From assembly GCA_963795855.1 (NCBI GenBank), contig CAWCIZ010000004.1, positions 250,864 through 314,863 of the forward strand: a DNA stretch of 64,000 bases. The letters run 5' to 3'. This DNA is from Vulcanimicrobiota bacterium (GTDB lineage: Bacteria; Vulcanimicrobiota; Vulcanimicrobiia; Vulcanimicrobiales; Vulcanimicrobiaceae). Positions within the stretch are counted from its first letter, which is position 1. The number at the start of each line of letters is the position of its first letter. A model generated the notes under the pieces. The model saw only the letters and a program-made list of their open reading frames with translations, was not told the origin of the DNA and ran no database searches. Positions 1 to 10,743 of this stretch are shown here, piece by piece. Position numbers and translations under genes: made by a program.

Positions 1-2256
1 TCGATCGTCGTGCTCGAAAACATCACGCGACATCGAGACATGGGGCAAAATCCGATGGACGCCGCAATCAACGGGCGCAGCGAAATCGGCGGAGCGGCGG
101 TGGCTATCACCATGGTCGACGTCGTGGTATTTTTGCCGATCGCGCTGTTGCCCGGCATCACCGGCGAATATCTCAAGGAATACGGTGCGGTCGTCGTGAC
201 CGCAACGCTGTTCTCGCTCTTCGTATCGTTCACGCTCACGCCGCTCTTGGCTGCAAAGTGGAGCATGCGCAAGCGCTCCGAAGGCGATCCCGCGTGGGTG
301 CGAGCGTTGGATAACCGGGTGCTCGACGTCGGACTCATCGTCGTTGCCGCCCTCATGTGGGTCGCGGGCAGTGCCACCGGATGGTTCTTGCTGAACGTCT
401 TCGGCGTGTTCATTGCCGCCCTGCTGGTGCTGAATCTCGTCGTGCACCGCTACGAGCAGTTCACGCGCTTTTACAAAGGCGTATTGCTTCCGTTCGCACT
501 CGCGCACGGCTCCTTCGTGGTGTTTACCTGCGCGTTACTCTTGGTGAACGCGCTCGCGCTCGTCGGAAGCGGCGCCAATGCCTTACCGCTCGACGGCGTC
601 ATCATCGCCGCGACGCTCGTTTTCTACACTATTGCGTGGTTCATGCGCGGGAGCCGTCGCCGCCGCGGAAAGCCGATCTCCGGATTCGCAACGCTCGGTT
701 CGTACCGGCCGCTTTCGATTGCGACGCTGGTCATGCCGGCGGTACTCGGCGTAGTCATGTGGTCGCTCGGCGGCATCAATTTCGATTTCTTCCCCGCGCA
801 GCAGACCGGCGTCATCAATATGTCGGTCAGTTATCCGCCCGGCACGCCGATCTCGATGACCGATCGTTACGTCACGCGGCTCGAGGACGCGCTGATGAAA
901 ATGCGCTGGATGAAGTCCGTCAGTTCGACCGTCGGCATGAAGCCGTCCGGATTCGGCATGATACTGGGCGGAAATTTCGCTCGTCTCACCGCGCAGGTGG
1001 ACGACGCGCACGTCAAGCAGACGAATCAGGTCGTCGCTCAGATTCGCAAGATGGGCTATCTCGTCCCGGGTGGCGATTTTCAGGTGAATCAGGAAAGCGG
1101 CGGCGGCGGCGGAGGCGCAGCGATCTTCTACTCGTTGAGCGGACCCGAAGATGCCATCGGCCCGGCAGCGGAAAAAGTCGCGAAGTATTTGCGCACGATT
1201 CAGGGATCCGTGAACGTGCAGACGTCCGCAGAAATTGCGGCTCCGCGCCTCAACGTCGACATCGATCAATCGAAGGCCGAGATGCTCGGCATCGCGCCGT
1301 CGGCCGCAGCGAACGTTGCACGCATCGCCGTCGACGGCGCCGTCGCAACGAAGGTCCGCACGCAAAACGGGCTGGTCGACGTGCGGGTACAGTTCCCGCA
1401 GGCCGACCGCAACACGGTGGACGACTTGAAGACAGTGCGCGTGCGCGCGAATGACGGAACGCTCGTGCCTCTCGGCGACGTCGCAACGTTTACGTGGACG
1501 AAAGCGCCGACGCGCATCGAACGTTTGAATCGTCAGCGCGTCGTCAACGTTACGAGCGATCTGCTTCCGGGGTACTCGACGGGCCAAGTGCAAGGGCCGC
1601 TGGACAAAAAAATGCGCCAGCCCGGTTTTCTGCCGTCGGGCGTCGCGCCCGTTGCACAGGGCAATTCGCAGTGGGTCGGCGAGACCATGGTCAACATGGG
1701 CATCGCCCTGCTCACCTCGTTCATGCTCGTCTACATGCTGATGGTGATCCTGTACGGATCTTTCCTCGAGCCGTTGATCGTCATGTTCTCCGTTCCGCTT
1801 GCGATTATCGGCGCGTTGACGTTCCTCGCGGTGATGGGGCGCCTTCAGCCGGAGCAAGGGCAATCGCTCAACATTATCTCGATTCTCGGCATCATCATGC
1901 TCTTCGGGCTCGTCGCGAAAAATGGGATATTGCTCGTCGATTACTCCAACACGCTGATCAAGCGCGGACTGCGCGTTCGTGACGCCGTGCTGCAGGCGTC
2001 CGCGACGCGCTTCCGTCCGATCGTCATGACGACCGCAGCGATGATCTTCGGCATGCTGCCGCTCGCGCTCGGATACGCGGAGGGCGGTGAATGGCGCCAG
2101 GCGATGGGTACCGTCATCATCGGCGGCCTGCTCAGCTCGCTCGTGCTCACGCTGTTCCTCGTACCAATGATCTACAACACCTGGATGGGCGCGTTGGAGC
2201 GGCGCGCCGACCGTCGCGCCGCCAAGGCCGAACTCCAGCAGCCGGTCACCGTCTAG
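1..2256 (+). CDS. AcrB/AcrD/AcrF-family RND efflux permease (5' truncated by window edge)
   Basis: Motifs 'LENI.RH', 'VFLPIA', 'IERLNRQR', 'KNGILLVD', 'RFRPIVMTT', 'GGLLSSLVLTLFLVP'. Confidence 0.92.
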   Translation, partial: SIVVLENITRHRDMGQNPMDAAINGRSEIGGAAVAITMVDVVVFLPIALLPGITGEYLKEYGAVVVTATLFSLFVSFTLTPLLAAKWSMRKRSEGDPAWVRALDNRVLDVGLIVVAALMWVAGSATGWFLLNVFGVFIAALLVLNLVVHRYEQFTRFYKGVLLPFALAHGSFVVFTCALLLVNALALVGSGANALPLDGVIIAATLVFYTIAWFMRGSRRRRGKPISGFATLGSYRPLSIATLVMPAVLGVVMWSLGGINFDFFPAQQTGVINMSVSYPPGTPISMTDRYVTRLEDALMKMRWMKSVSSTVGMKPSGFGMILGGNFARLTAQVDDAHVKQTNQVVAQIRKMGYLVPGGDFQVNQESGGGGGGAAIFYSLSGPEDAIGPAAEKVAKYLRTIQGSVNVQTSAEIAAPRLNVDIDQSKAEMLGIAPSAAANVARIAVDGAVATKVRTQNGLVDVRVQFPQADRNTVDDLKTVRVRANDGTLVPLGDVATFTWTKAPTRIERLNRQRVVNVTSDLLPGYSTGQVQGPLDKKMRQPGFLPSGVAPVAQGNSQWVGETMVNMGIALLTSFMLVYMLMVILYGSFLEPLIVMFSVPLAIIGALTFLAVMGRLQPEQGQSLNIISILGIIMLFGLVAKNGILLVDYSNTLIKRGLRVRDAVLQASATRFRPIVMTTAAMIFGMLPLALGYAEGGEWRQAMGTVIIGGLLSSLVLTLFLVPMIYNTWMGALERRADRRAAKAELQQPVTV

Positions 2257-2345
2257 AACGGAGCAACCGTGCAATCCCACACGGTTGGTGTGGGTAAGCA
2301 ATCCCTCGGACAACGTCATTTACGTTCTCGGAGGAGAGAGAAAAC

Positions 2346-3405
2346 ATGCAACTACTCAAACGACTGGCAGGCGCGGGCCTGGCTGCGTCGTTCCTTTTCG
2401 GCATCGGGACGGTTGCGCCGGCGTCGGCGCAAAACGTCACGGTGACCGTGAACGGCCAAGCCATGTCCTTCGACCAGCCGCCGGTGATGCGCAATAACCG
2501 CGTCTTCGTTCCGATGCGCGCCATTTTCGAGCGGCTCGGTTCGAGCGTCGTGTATTCCAACGGCAACATCAACTCGCAGGGAAACGGACGCGCCGTTCAC
2601 TTGACGATCGGTTCCACGCAAGCGTCGGTGAACGGTCAGCCGCTGACGATGGACGTGGCGCCGTTCACGGTCGCGGGTCGGACCGAAGTGCCCCTGCGCT
2701 TCGTCGCACAAGCGCTCGGCGCGAACGTAAACTGGAACTCGAGCAACGAAACCGTCGCCATCACGACCTCCGGCGGATCGACCTCGTATACGCCGCAGCC
2801 GCAAACGAATGCGTCGTTCTATTTGAACAACGAGAAGCCGGGAAACGGCGCAACGACCCGCAGCACGCATCCGAATCTGCATGCGGAGTTCAGCGAGCCC
2901 GTGAATCGTGAGTCGCTGCGAGTAACCGTCGACGGGCGGGACGTCACCTCGCAAGTGTACGCCAATCAAAACGGGTTCGACGTCACGCCGAATTGGGAAC
3001 TGGTTCCCGGTACGCATCACGTATCCGTGACCGGATCGACCACTGCGGGCCCGAGTTTTCGAACCGGGTGGTCGTTTTCGACCTCAGCCGGGGCCGCGGC
3101 GAACTTCATCCGCTCGTTGACCCCGTCGCCCGGATCGAAAGTGAGCAGTTCGTTTACGCTGAACGGAAACACCATCCCGGGCTCGCAAGTGCACATCGTC
3201 GCGAGCGGGGAAGCGAGCGCGCTCGGGCGGACTGCTGCAACTCGGTACCGGGACCTTCCAAACGGACGTTACGGCAGACGGCAACGGCAACTTTTCCGCG
3301 CAGATCGGGCTCAACGCCGTGTCCGGCGGCCAGGTTCGCGTGATCATCACGTCGACCTCGCCCAGCGGCGCATCGCTGGAACGTCAGCTGGTTTACAGCA
3401 GCTAG
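2346..3405 (+). CDS. Secreted copper amine oxidase N-terminal (stalk) domain protein with Ig-like C-terminal domains; frameshift near 3225
   Basis: SD GGAGG, signal peptide, 'FDQPPVMRNNRVFVPMRAIFERLG', 'GRTEVPLRFVAQALGANVNW'; alternate frame continues to ...LERQLVYSS* (TAG 3403-3405). Confidence 0.8.
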
Positions 3406-3481
3406 AGGTTCCCCGACATGGACGCTTTCGGGCGGCGCTTCCCGGGAAACCAGGAGCGCCGCCACGAAAAGCGCCCGTTCC

Positions 3482-6045
3482 ATGACTCGCGACGAACCTT
3501 CCGTGCATCGCGAATTCGCGCTGCCCGGCTCGACCTTGCGTTACGGCCCCGACAAGAGCGTCGACGTGCTGCACATCGACCTGTATTTGGAGCCCGATCT
3601 CGAGCGGGCGCATTTGGACGGTATCTGCACGACCACGGTGCGCGCGCTCGATGAGGCGGTTGCATCGCTCACGTTGGATGCCGTCGATCTGCAGATCGCG
3701 TCGGTCGAACGCGACGGAAAGCCGCTTGCATTCACGACGGACGGGAAACACCTGCGCATCGAATTCGAACCGCCGGTTGCGCCCGAAGAAGAAGCGATTT
3801 TTGCGATTCGCTACGCCGTGACGCATCCGCGTCACGGTTTGTTCTTCGTCGAGCCGACTTCCGCATATCCGAACGCAGTTCGTCACGCATGGACGCAAAG
3901 TCAGGACGAAAACGCGCGTTATTGGTTCCCATGTCTGGATTATCCGCACGAGAAGCAGACGACGTCGACGGTCGTCTCGGTTCCGAAGGGCCAATTCGCG
4001 CTTGCGAATGGAGTCTGCTGGAATGCCGTGAGGAGGGCGCCCGCACGATATACGCTTATCGTCAGGACGTGCCGCACTCGACCTATCTCATGACGATGGT
4101 GGTAGGGCCGTTCGTGCAGGTCGATCAATCGCGGCAGCGCCCGGACGGCAACACGCTGCCCGTGTTCTATTACGTGCTTCCCGGGCGTGAAGCCGACGGG
4201 GAGCGCGCATTCGGCAAAACGCCCCGCATGATCGACGTTTTCGAAGAAAAACTCGGAGTGCCGTATCCGTACGCGCGCTACTCGCAGATCGCGGTGAGCG
4301 ATTTCATCTTCGGCGGCATGGAAAATACGTCGGCCACGACGCAGACGGATCGTACCCTCCACGACGAACGCGCGCATTTGGACTTTTCAAGCGATCCGCT
4401 GGTGGCGCACGAACTCGCGCACCAATGGTTCGGCGATCTCCTGACGTGCCGCGATTGGTCTCACGCGTGGCTCAACGAAGGATTTGCGACGTACTTCGAG
4501 GCCGTATTCCGTGAGGCGGACTTAGGCTACGACGAATACGTTTACGACATTTTCGAATGTGTGGAGCGCTACATCGACGAGGACTCGCAGCGCTACCGGC
4601 GGCCGATCGTGTGCAATCGTTTTCGCGATCCGATCGAACTTTTCGACCGCCATTTGTACGAAAAAGGCGGCGCGGTGCTGCACATGCTTCGCGGTGAACT
4701 GGGGGAAACGCGTTTCTGGCGAGCGATGCGACGCTACGTCGCGGATAACGCGCAGCGCAACGTCGAAACGATCGATTTCATACGCGCGATCGAACAGAGC
4801 TCGGGCAGAAATCTGCGCGCGTTTTTCGATCAATGGGTGTTCCGCGGCGGACATCCGCAACTCACCGTTGGTTTGAAGTACGACGAAGAGCGGCGAACGC
4901 TCACGGTGACCATCGACCAAAAACAGCCGGTCGATGCGGGCGCCGGGCCCTACGTGTTCGACGTCGACCTTGGCGTAGTGGACCACGCGCCCGAGCGCGC
5001 CCGCGCCGACTTCGGAAGCGCACCGCTGCCGGGTGAACGGCGTTTGCGCGTGAAGGTCGAACGCGCGCACGAGACCATTACGATCCCGCTCGACGCCTCT
5101 CCAGGCCTCGTGCGTTTCGATCCGGGCGCATTCATCCTGGCCGACGTCAGATACGAATTCGGCGAACGTTTCGCGCAAGCGGCGCTGGCCGCCGATCCGA
5201 ACGTTGCCGCACGCATCCACGCAGCGCGGCAGCTCGCGAAAGACGGGTCCGCACAAGCGCGCGCCGCTTTGGAACGCGCATTTGCGAACGATCCCTCATG
5301 GGGCGTGCTGGAACAGGCGGCGCGGGCGCTCGGGCGCACACGTGCACCGTGGGCCCAACGCCTGCTCGAGAAATCGCTCTCGCACGCGCATCCGAAAGTG
5401 CGCCGCGCGGCGGCGGCCGCGCTCGGCACATTTCGAAACGCGCAGGCCGTGCAAGCGTTGTCCGCCCCCGCCCGCGGCGACGCGTCGTACTTCGTGCAGG
5501 CCGCCGCGCTGCACGCCCTGGGAAAAACGCGCGATCCGGGCGCGTTCGACGTGCTGGCCGAAGCAGTCGGCGGAAAATCGTGGAACGGCACCGTCGAAGC
5601 GGGCGCCGCACGCGGCTTGGGCGAGCTTGCCGATGCGCGTGCGGTTCCGCTTCTGATCGATGCTACTCAGCCGGGAAAGGACGAAAGCGTACGGCGTGCG
5701 GCGTTGGCTGCGCTGGCGCGTGCCGGACATTTGCTGGATCACGAGCGCCCGCAAATCGTCGACGCGGTTGCTCAACGATTGGACGACTCGATGTTCTTAG
5801 TGCAGATCTCCGCGATTGCGGCAGCGGAAGATCTGGCGGACACCCGTCTCGTCGCGGGCTTGGACCGTCTCGCCGGCACCGGCTTTGACGGCCGCATTCG
5901 GCGAAACGCGGCGGAGGCCGCAATCCGCATCCGCGAATCACAAAAAGTTCCCGCTCAGGTGAGCGGATTACGAACGGATCTCGATGCCTTACGTGAAGAG
6001 CAGCGTAAACTACAAGAGCAGATCGAGGCGCTCTCGCGGACGTAG
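3482..6045 (+). CDS. pepN: M1 family aminopeptidase with C-terminal HEAT repeats; frameshift near 4015
   Basis: 'WFPCLDYP', 'GGMEN', HELAHQWFGD...WLNEGFATY, 'YEKGG'; Ala-rich HEAT repeats; ORFs 3482-4093 and 3889-6045 join. Confidence 0.9.
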
Positions 6046-7524
6046 GCGGCGTTTTGTCGCCGCGCTCGTCACCGTGGCGCTCGTTCTCGTTGCGGCGCTG
6101 CTTTTGCGTCCGCGCAGCCACGCCGCGCCCGCGCAGCGCCCGCCCGCGCAGACGTTTACCGTCGCAGCGGTTTTACGCCGGCCGGCGCCGGCGTGGGGAG
6201 CCGCGTCGCGCAGCGATTTGCGCAACGCGCTCGAGTCCGCGCTCGCTCCGGCGCTCGACGACGGAGGCTCGTGCAGCTGCGTGGTCATCGCGCAAGACGG
6301 AAGTTTGCTGTACGACAACGGCGGATCTCGCGCGCTCACCCCTGCGTCCACGCAAAAACTCATCGTCACCGACGCAGCGCTGGCCGATCTAGGCCCGCAG
6401 TTTCGTTTCGATACGTTGATCGCGGCTTCGCAGGAGCCGCGCAACGGCGCGCTCGATGGGAATTTGTGGCTTGCGGGTTCGGGGGATCCATCGCTGCGCA
6501 CCAGCGATTTGCGCAACGCCGTACTGAATTGAAAAAAACGGGTCTGCAAACAATAACCGGCAGCGTCACCGTCGACGGCAGCGCGATCGCCGGCGAAGAG
6601 ATCAACCCGTTTTGGAACGCGGACGATTCCAACGAAGACTTCATGGCGGCGACGAGCGGCATCTCGATCGACGAAGATACCGTCGAATTTCACGTCACCG
6701 GCACGTCGCTCGGTCAAAGTGCGCAGGTCACAGTCGTTCCGCGCAGCAACGACGTTCGCTATTACGGCGCCGTCACGACCGGCGGCGGCGACGAGGTGAT
6801 CATCGCCGCAACCGGCACGCCGAACGAATTTCGGCTCGACGGCGCCATTCCGCCGGGCGTGGAAGAAACGTTTTACGTTCCCGTGCACGGCATCGACCGG
6901 TATGCAGGCTCGGTCCTGTCCGCGTTGCTGAAAATCTCCGGCATCGCAGTAGCTCGGCCGCCTCAGACGGGAACCGTTCCGCTGAACACGGAGATCCTTT
7001 GGCAGCACCGCTCGCCGCCGCTCACCCGCTTGCTGCGGCATATGCTCGTCGTTTCGGACAACCATTTCGCCGAAGAATTGATGCGCGCCGTCGGCGGCAG
7101 TGAAGGCCAGACTGCGGACGATCGCGACGGCTTGAACGCGGAGCGCGCCGTGCTCGCAGGCCAAGACATTCCCACGCCCGGCCTGCACATCGTGGATGGG
7201 AGCGGCCTTGCACATGCTAACCGGGTGGCAGCCATGACGCTGGCGCGCATATTGGCGTATTACGATGCATCGCCTAAGGGGAATGTGTTATATCCGCTTC
7301 TGGCGCGCGGCGGAAAGGATGGAACCCTCAGAATGTACCGGTTCCAGGACGCTCGAGGGCGGGTGCGGGCAAAGAGCGGGCACGTCGACGGCGTCTCGTC
7401 GCTGGCCGGTTATGTCGATACTCGTAAGCACGGCCGGGTGGTTTTCGCGTTTTTGATCGACGGCTCGCCCGGCGATCCCGACGCCGCGATCGTATCTGCC
7501 GTCGATCGCATCGCCGCACGGTAG
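6044..7524 (+). CDS. dacB: D-alanyl-D-alanine carboxypeptidase/endopeptidase (PBP4, peptidase S13); start uncertain, frameshift near 6530
   Basis: SxxK 'PASTQK', 'GSGDP', SxN 'SDN', 'DGSGL', KSG 'AKSG'. Confidence 0.88.
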
Positions 7525-7526
7525 GA

Positions 7527-8933
7527 GTGCACGAACCAATGCTGGATACGGACATCATCGACCGTCTGATCGGCGTGGCGCTCGAACGCGGCGGTGACTA
7601 CGCGGACGTTTTCTGCGAACGGCGGCGAGCTGCATCGTTTCGGCTGCAGTCCGGTCAAATACACGAGAGCGGATTTTCCATCACGCAAGGCGTCGGCATT
7701 CGCGTCATCGTCGGTGAGTCGGCGGGCTATGCGTTTTCCGACGACCTCGCATTCGAATCGCTGCAGCGCGCCGCGCGGATCGCCTCGCTCATCGCACACG
7801 ATCGTTCCGACGGCTGCCGCAGCGTAAAGGTGGCCGCGTCCAAAGTGGAGCCGTTTTACGACGTCGCCCGGACGACGCACGCACCATCCGAAGCGTACGT
7901 CAAATTGCTCGAACGAGCCGACGTCGCGGCGCGAGCGTTCGACCCGCGCATCACGTCGGTAAATGCGACGATAACCGACGAATTGCAGGACGTTTGGATA
8001 GCGACGAGCGACGGCCGCTTCGTGCACGATCGCCGTCCGCTGATCTCGCTCGGCGTACAAGCCGTTTCGACGGCGAACGGCGAGCGCGCGCAGGGATTCG
8101 TCGGTGACGGCGGCCGCGCGTCGATAGCGTTTTACGAAACGCGAACGCCGGAGTCCATAGCGAGCGACGCTGCGCGAATCGCCGCGACTAACCTGGAGGC
8201 GATTGCGGCGCCGGCCGGAGAGATGGAAATGGTCGTCGGAAGCGGCGGCGGCGGCGTGCTGCTGCACGAGGCGGTGGGGCACGGGCTGGAAAGCGACTTC
8301 AATCGTCAAGGCGTTTCGCTGTACAGCGGCCGCGTCGGCGAGCGCGTCGCAAGCGAACTCGTAACCATTTACGACGACGGCAATCTGCACGAGGAGCGCG
8401 GCAGCATCGGCGTCGACGACGAAGGCACGCCCGGCGCTCACAAAGTGCTCGTCGAGAACGGCATTTTGCGCGGTTACATGCAAGACTATTTGAACGGCAG
8501 GCTCATGGGCACGGCGTCGACGGGAAGCGGAAGACGGCAATCCTTTCGCGTGATGCCGCAGCCCCGCATGTGCAACACGTACATGCCGAACGGTGAATCC
8601 ACGCCCGAAGAGATCATCGCTTCGACCAAACGTGGAATCTACGCGAAGGCGTTCGGCGGCGGACAAGTCGAGATCAGCCGCGGTGACTTCGTGTTCATGG
8701 TGGCGGAAGGCTACCTCATCGAAAACGGCAAGATCACCGCGCCCGTTAAGAACGCAACGATCGTTGGCAGTGGGCCCGACGTCATGACCAAGGTCGTCGC
8801 GGTCGGCAACGACTGCCGTCTCGCGAACCGGCATTACACGTGCGGCAAGGGCGGGCAGTACGTTCCGGTCGGCGTCGGCATGCCGACGGTGAAAATTTCC
8901 GCGATCACCGTGGGCGGCTCCAATGTTGAATAA
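7527..8933 (+). CDS. tldD: TldD family metalloprotease
   Basis: 'LLHEAVGHGLESD', 'DDEG', 'PRMCNTY', 'TCGKGGQYVPVGVGMPT'. Confidence 0.93.
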   Translation: MHEPMLDTDIIDRLIGVALERGGDYADVFCERRRAASFRLQSGQIHESGFSITQGVGIRVIVGESAGYAFSDDLAFESLQRAARIASLIAHDRSDGCRSVKVAASKVEPFYDVARTTHAPSEAYVKLLERADVAARAFDPRITSVNATITDELQDVWIATSDGRFVHDRRPLISLGVQAVSTANGERAQGFVGDGGRASIAFYETRTPESIASDAARIAATNLEAIAAPAGEMEMVVGSGGGGVLLHEAVGHGLESDFNRQGVSLYSGRVGERVASELVTIYDDGNLHEERGSIGVDDEGTPGAHKVLVENGILRGYMQDYLNGRLMGTASTGSGRRQSFRVMPQPRMCNTYMPNGESTPEEIIASTKRGIYAKAFGGGQVEISRGDFVFMVAEGYLIENGKITAPVKNATIVGSGPDVMTKVVAVGNDCRLANRHYTCGKGGQYVPVGVGMPTVKISAITVGGSNVE

Positions 8934-8969
8934 TTGCGAATCTTTGCGGTGCCCACCGTTCGTGGGGAC

Positions 8970-9042
8970 CGCGCATAGCGACCAGGATGGAAGCATGTCG
9001 ACCCGCACAGGACGTGCGTTAGGGTCGACTGCTAGGCCGGAG
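8970..9042. repeat. 73-bp palindromic repeat unit, copy 1
   Basis: Matches 9201-9273 with a single mismatch; internal stems GTCGACCC/GGGTCGAC and CGCAC/GTGCG. Confidence 0.95.
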
Positions 9043-9061
9043 GGCCGTTCCACGCTGGGAT

Positions 9062-9135
9062 CTTTGCCGCGCCCACGGGGAAAGTTTGAGTTAGCTGAAC
9101 GGTTGAGGCGCCATGCGATCGTGGGGGCCCCAACG
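9062..9135. repeat. Dispersed intergenic repeat module, similar to 10637-10725
   Basis: Shared skeleton TTTGC.GCGCCCACGGGGA...GTTAGC...GCGCCATG...TGGGGGCCCC. Confidence 0.75.
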
Positions 9136-9200
9136 CAGTTGGCCGTTCCTGCTGCACATCGTGTTCAGAACGGCAGGCTCACGTCCTGTTCGCTCGGGGG

Positions 9201-9273
9201 CGCGCATAGCGACCAGGATGGAAGCATGTCGACCCGCACAGGATGTGCGTTAGGGTCGACTGCTAGGCCGGAG
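9201..9273. repeat. 73-bp palindromic repeat unit, copy 2
   Basis: Direct repeat of 8970-9042. Confidence 0.95.
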
Positions 9274-9284
9274 CGCCTTTCAAC

Positions 9285-10623
9285 ATGAGCAGCTCCCAAG
9301 AAGCCCTCGACTACGCGCACTTCGTCGTCGATGCAGCATTGCGCGCCGGGGCAACGCAAGCCGAAGCGACCGTCTCGATCAACGATCGCTTTTCCACCGA
9401 AGCACGCGGACGAGCGATTACGAAGCTCGAGCAGTCCACGGGGCGGCTTTTGCATGCGCGCGTTTTCGTCGATGGCCGCAAAGCTTCGCTCGCGACGTCG
9501 GATTTCGAGCGCGGCAGCCTTGAAGATGCGGTGTCCACCGTCGTATCCCAGGCGCGTCACGTCGCGTTCGATCCGTACGCGATGCTTCCCGACGCTGCCC
9601 GAGTAAACGGACGTTGCGACTTGAACTTGTTCGCGCACGACGTTGCAAAGCGCGATGCGCAAGTGAAGATCGATGAAGCGCTCGAGCTGGAGGAGCGCAT
9701 TCGCGCGATCGATTCGCGCATTTCCAACAGCAACGGAGCACACGTTGGAGATACGGTCAGCACGATCGCGCTCGTCAATTCGAACCGTTTCGCGGGCGAC
9801 TACCAATCGACGCGTGTGCATCGCTCCGTCAGCCCCGTCGCGCTCGACGGAGAAAACAAACGAACCGGCGCGTACGGAACCGCCGGGCGGCGGCTGCGCG
9901 ACATGGAAGACGCGGCGTCCGTGGCACGCAAAGCGGTCGAGAGGACCGTCGGGCTCTTCGGCGCGCGGAAGCCGCCGACGATGCGCGTGCCCGTCATTTT
10001 CGAGCGGGACGTCGCAGCGTCGGTGCTCGCGGATCTGTTCTCGGCGCTAAGCGCGTCGAACGTGGCGATCGGCAACTCATGGCTGGCCGAGCGCATGGGT
10101 TCGCGGATCGGAAGCGATCTCGTCACGATCGTGGATGACGGCACGCTTCGGGGCCTGCTGGGCACCTCGCCGTTCGACGGCGAAGGTGTTCCTACGCAGC
10201 GCACCGCCGTGTTCGAACGCGGGACGCTGCGCTCGTTTTTGTACGACACGTACTATGCGCGCAAACTAGGCGCGCAGTCGACGGGCAACGGCAGCGGCGG
10301 CGGCGTCGCGCCGAACAACTTCTACCTCGAGGCGGGCTCCCGCTCGCTCGAACAGGCTCGTCTCCGCAACCTCGCGCGGCATTCTGGTGATGGACACGAT
10401 CGGTTTTGCGACGGAGCACGCGAGCGGAACGTACAGCCGCGGCGCGCGCGGATTCTACATCGAAAACGGCGAGATCGCGTATCCCGTCGAGGAATTCACG
10501 ATTGCGGGCACGTTCCCCGACATGCTCGCCGGAATCGACGCCGTGGCGGACGATTTGCGCTTCGATGCCGCAGTCGTGTCACCGTCGTTTCGCGTGGCGG
10601 AAATGACCGTCAGCGGCGACTGA
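9285..10623 (+). CDS. pmbA: TldE/PmbA family protein; frameshift near 10355
   Basis: 'PFDGEGVPT', 'YYARKLG..STGN', C-terminal 'SGTYSRGARGFYIENGEIAYPVEEFTIAG'; follows tldD. Confidence 0.9.
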
Positions 10624-10636
10624 GAAAGAACGTATA

Positions 10637-10735
10637 TTTGCGGCGCCCACGGGGAGCATTCGTGTTAGCAGTACAAGTATGCGCCATGAGGATTTTGGGG
10701 GCCCCGGCGGAGCCGGGGGGCGCGGAGTCTAGGAC
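10637..10735. repeat. Dispersed intergenic palindromic repeat (same family as 9062-9280)
   Basis: TTTGCGGCGCCCACGGGGA...GTTAGC...GCGCCATG...GGGGCCCC-hairpin-GGGGGGCGCG. Confidence 0.7.
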
Positions 10736-10743
10736 GTAGCGCG

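Noticed and set aside
583..2319. Long antisense ORFs (this one and many others in the track)
   Set aside because: Typical high-GC shadow frames opposite well-supported genes.
6525..6540. Programmed frameshift or Sec codon in dacB (TGA followed by an A-run)
   Set aside because: The frame changes next to a homopolymer and the position is not a Cys site; a sequencing indel is the simpler explanation.
8970..9273. CRISPR array
   Set aside because: Only two 73-bp units with a 158-bp spacer that is itself repeat-derived; no cas genes.
8923..9288. 121-aa ORF between tldD and pmbA
   Set aside because: It is a translation of the palindromic repeats, with no protein-like signal.
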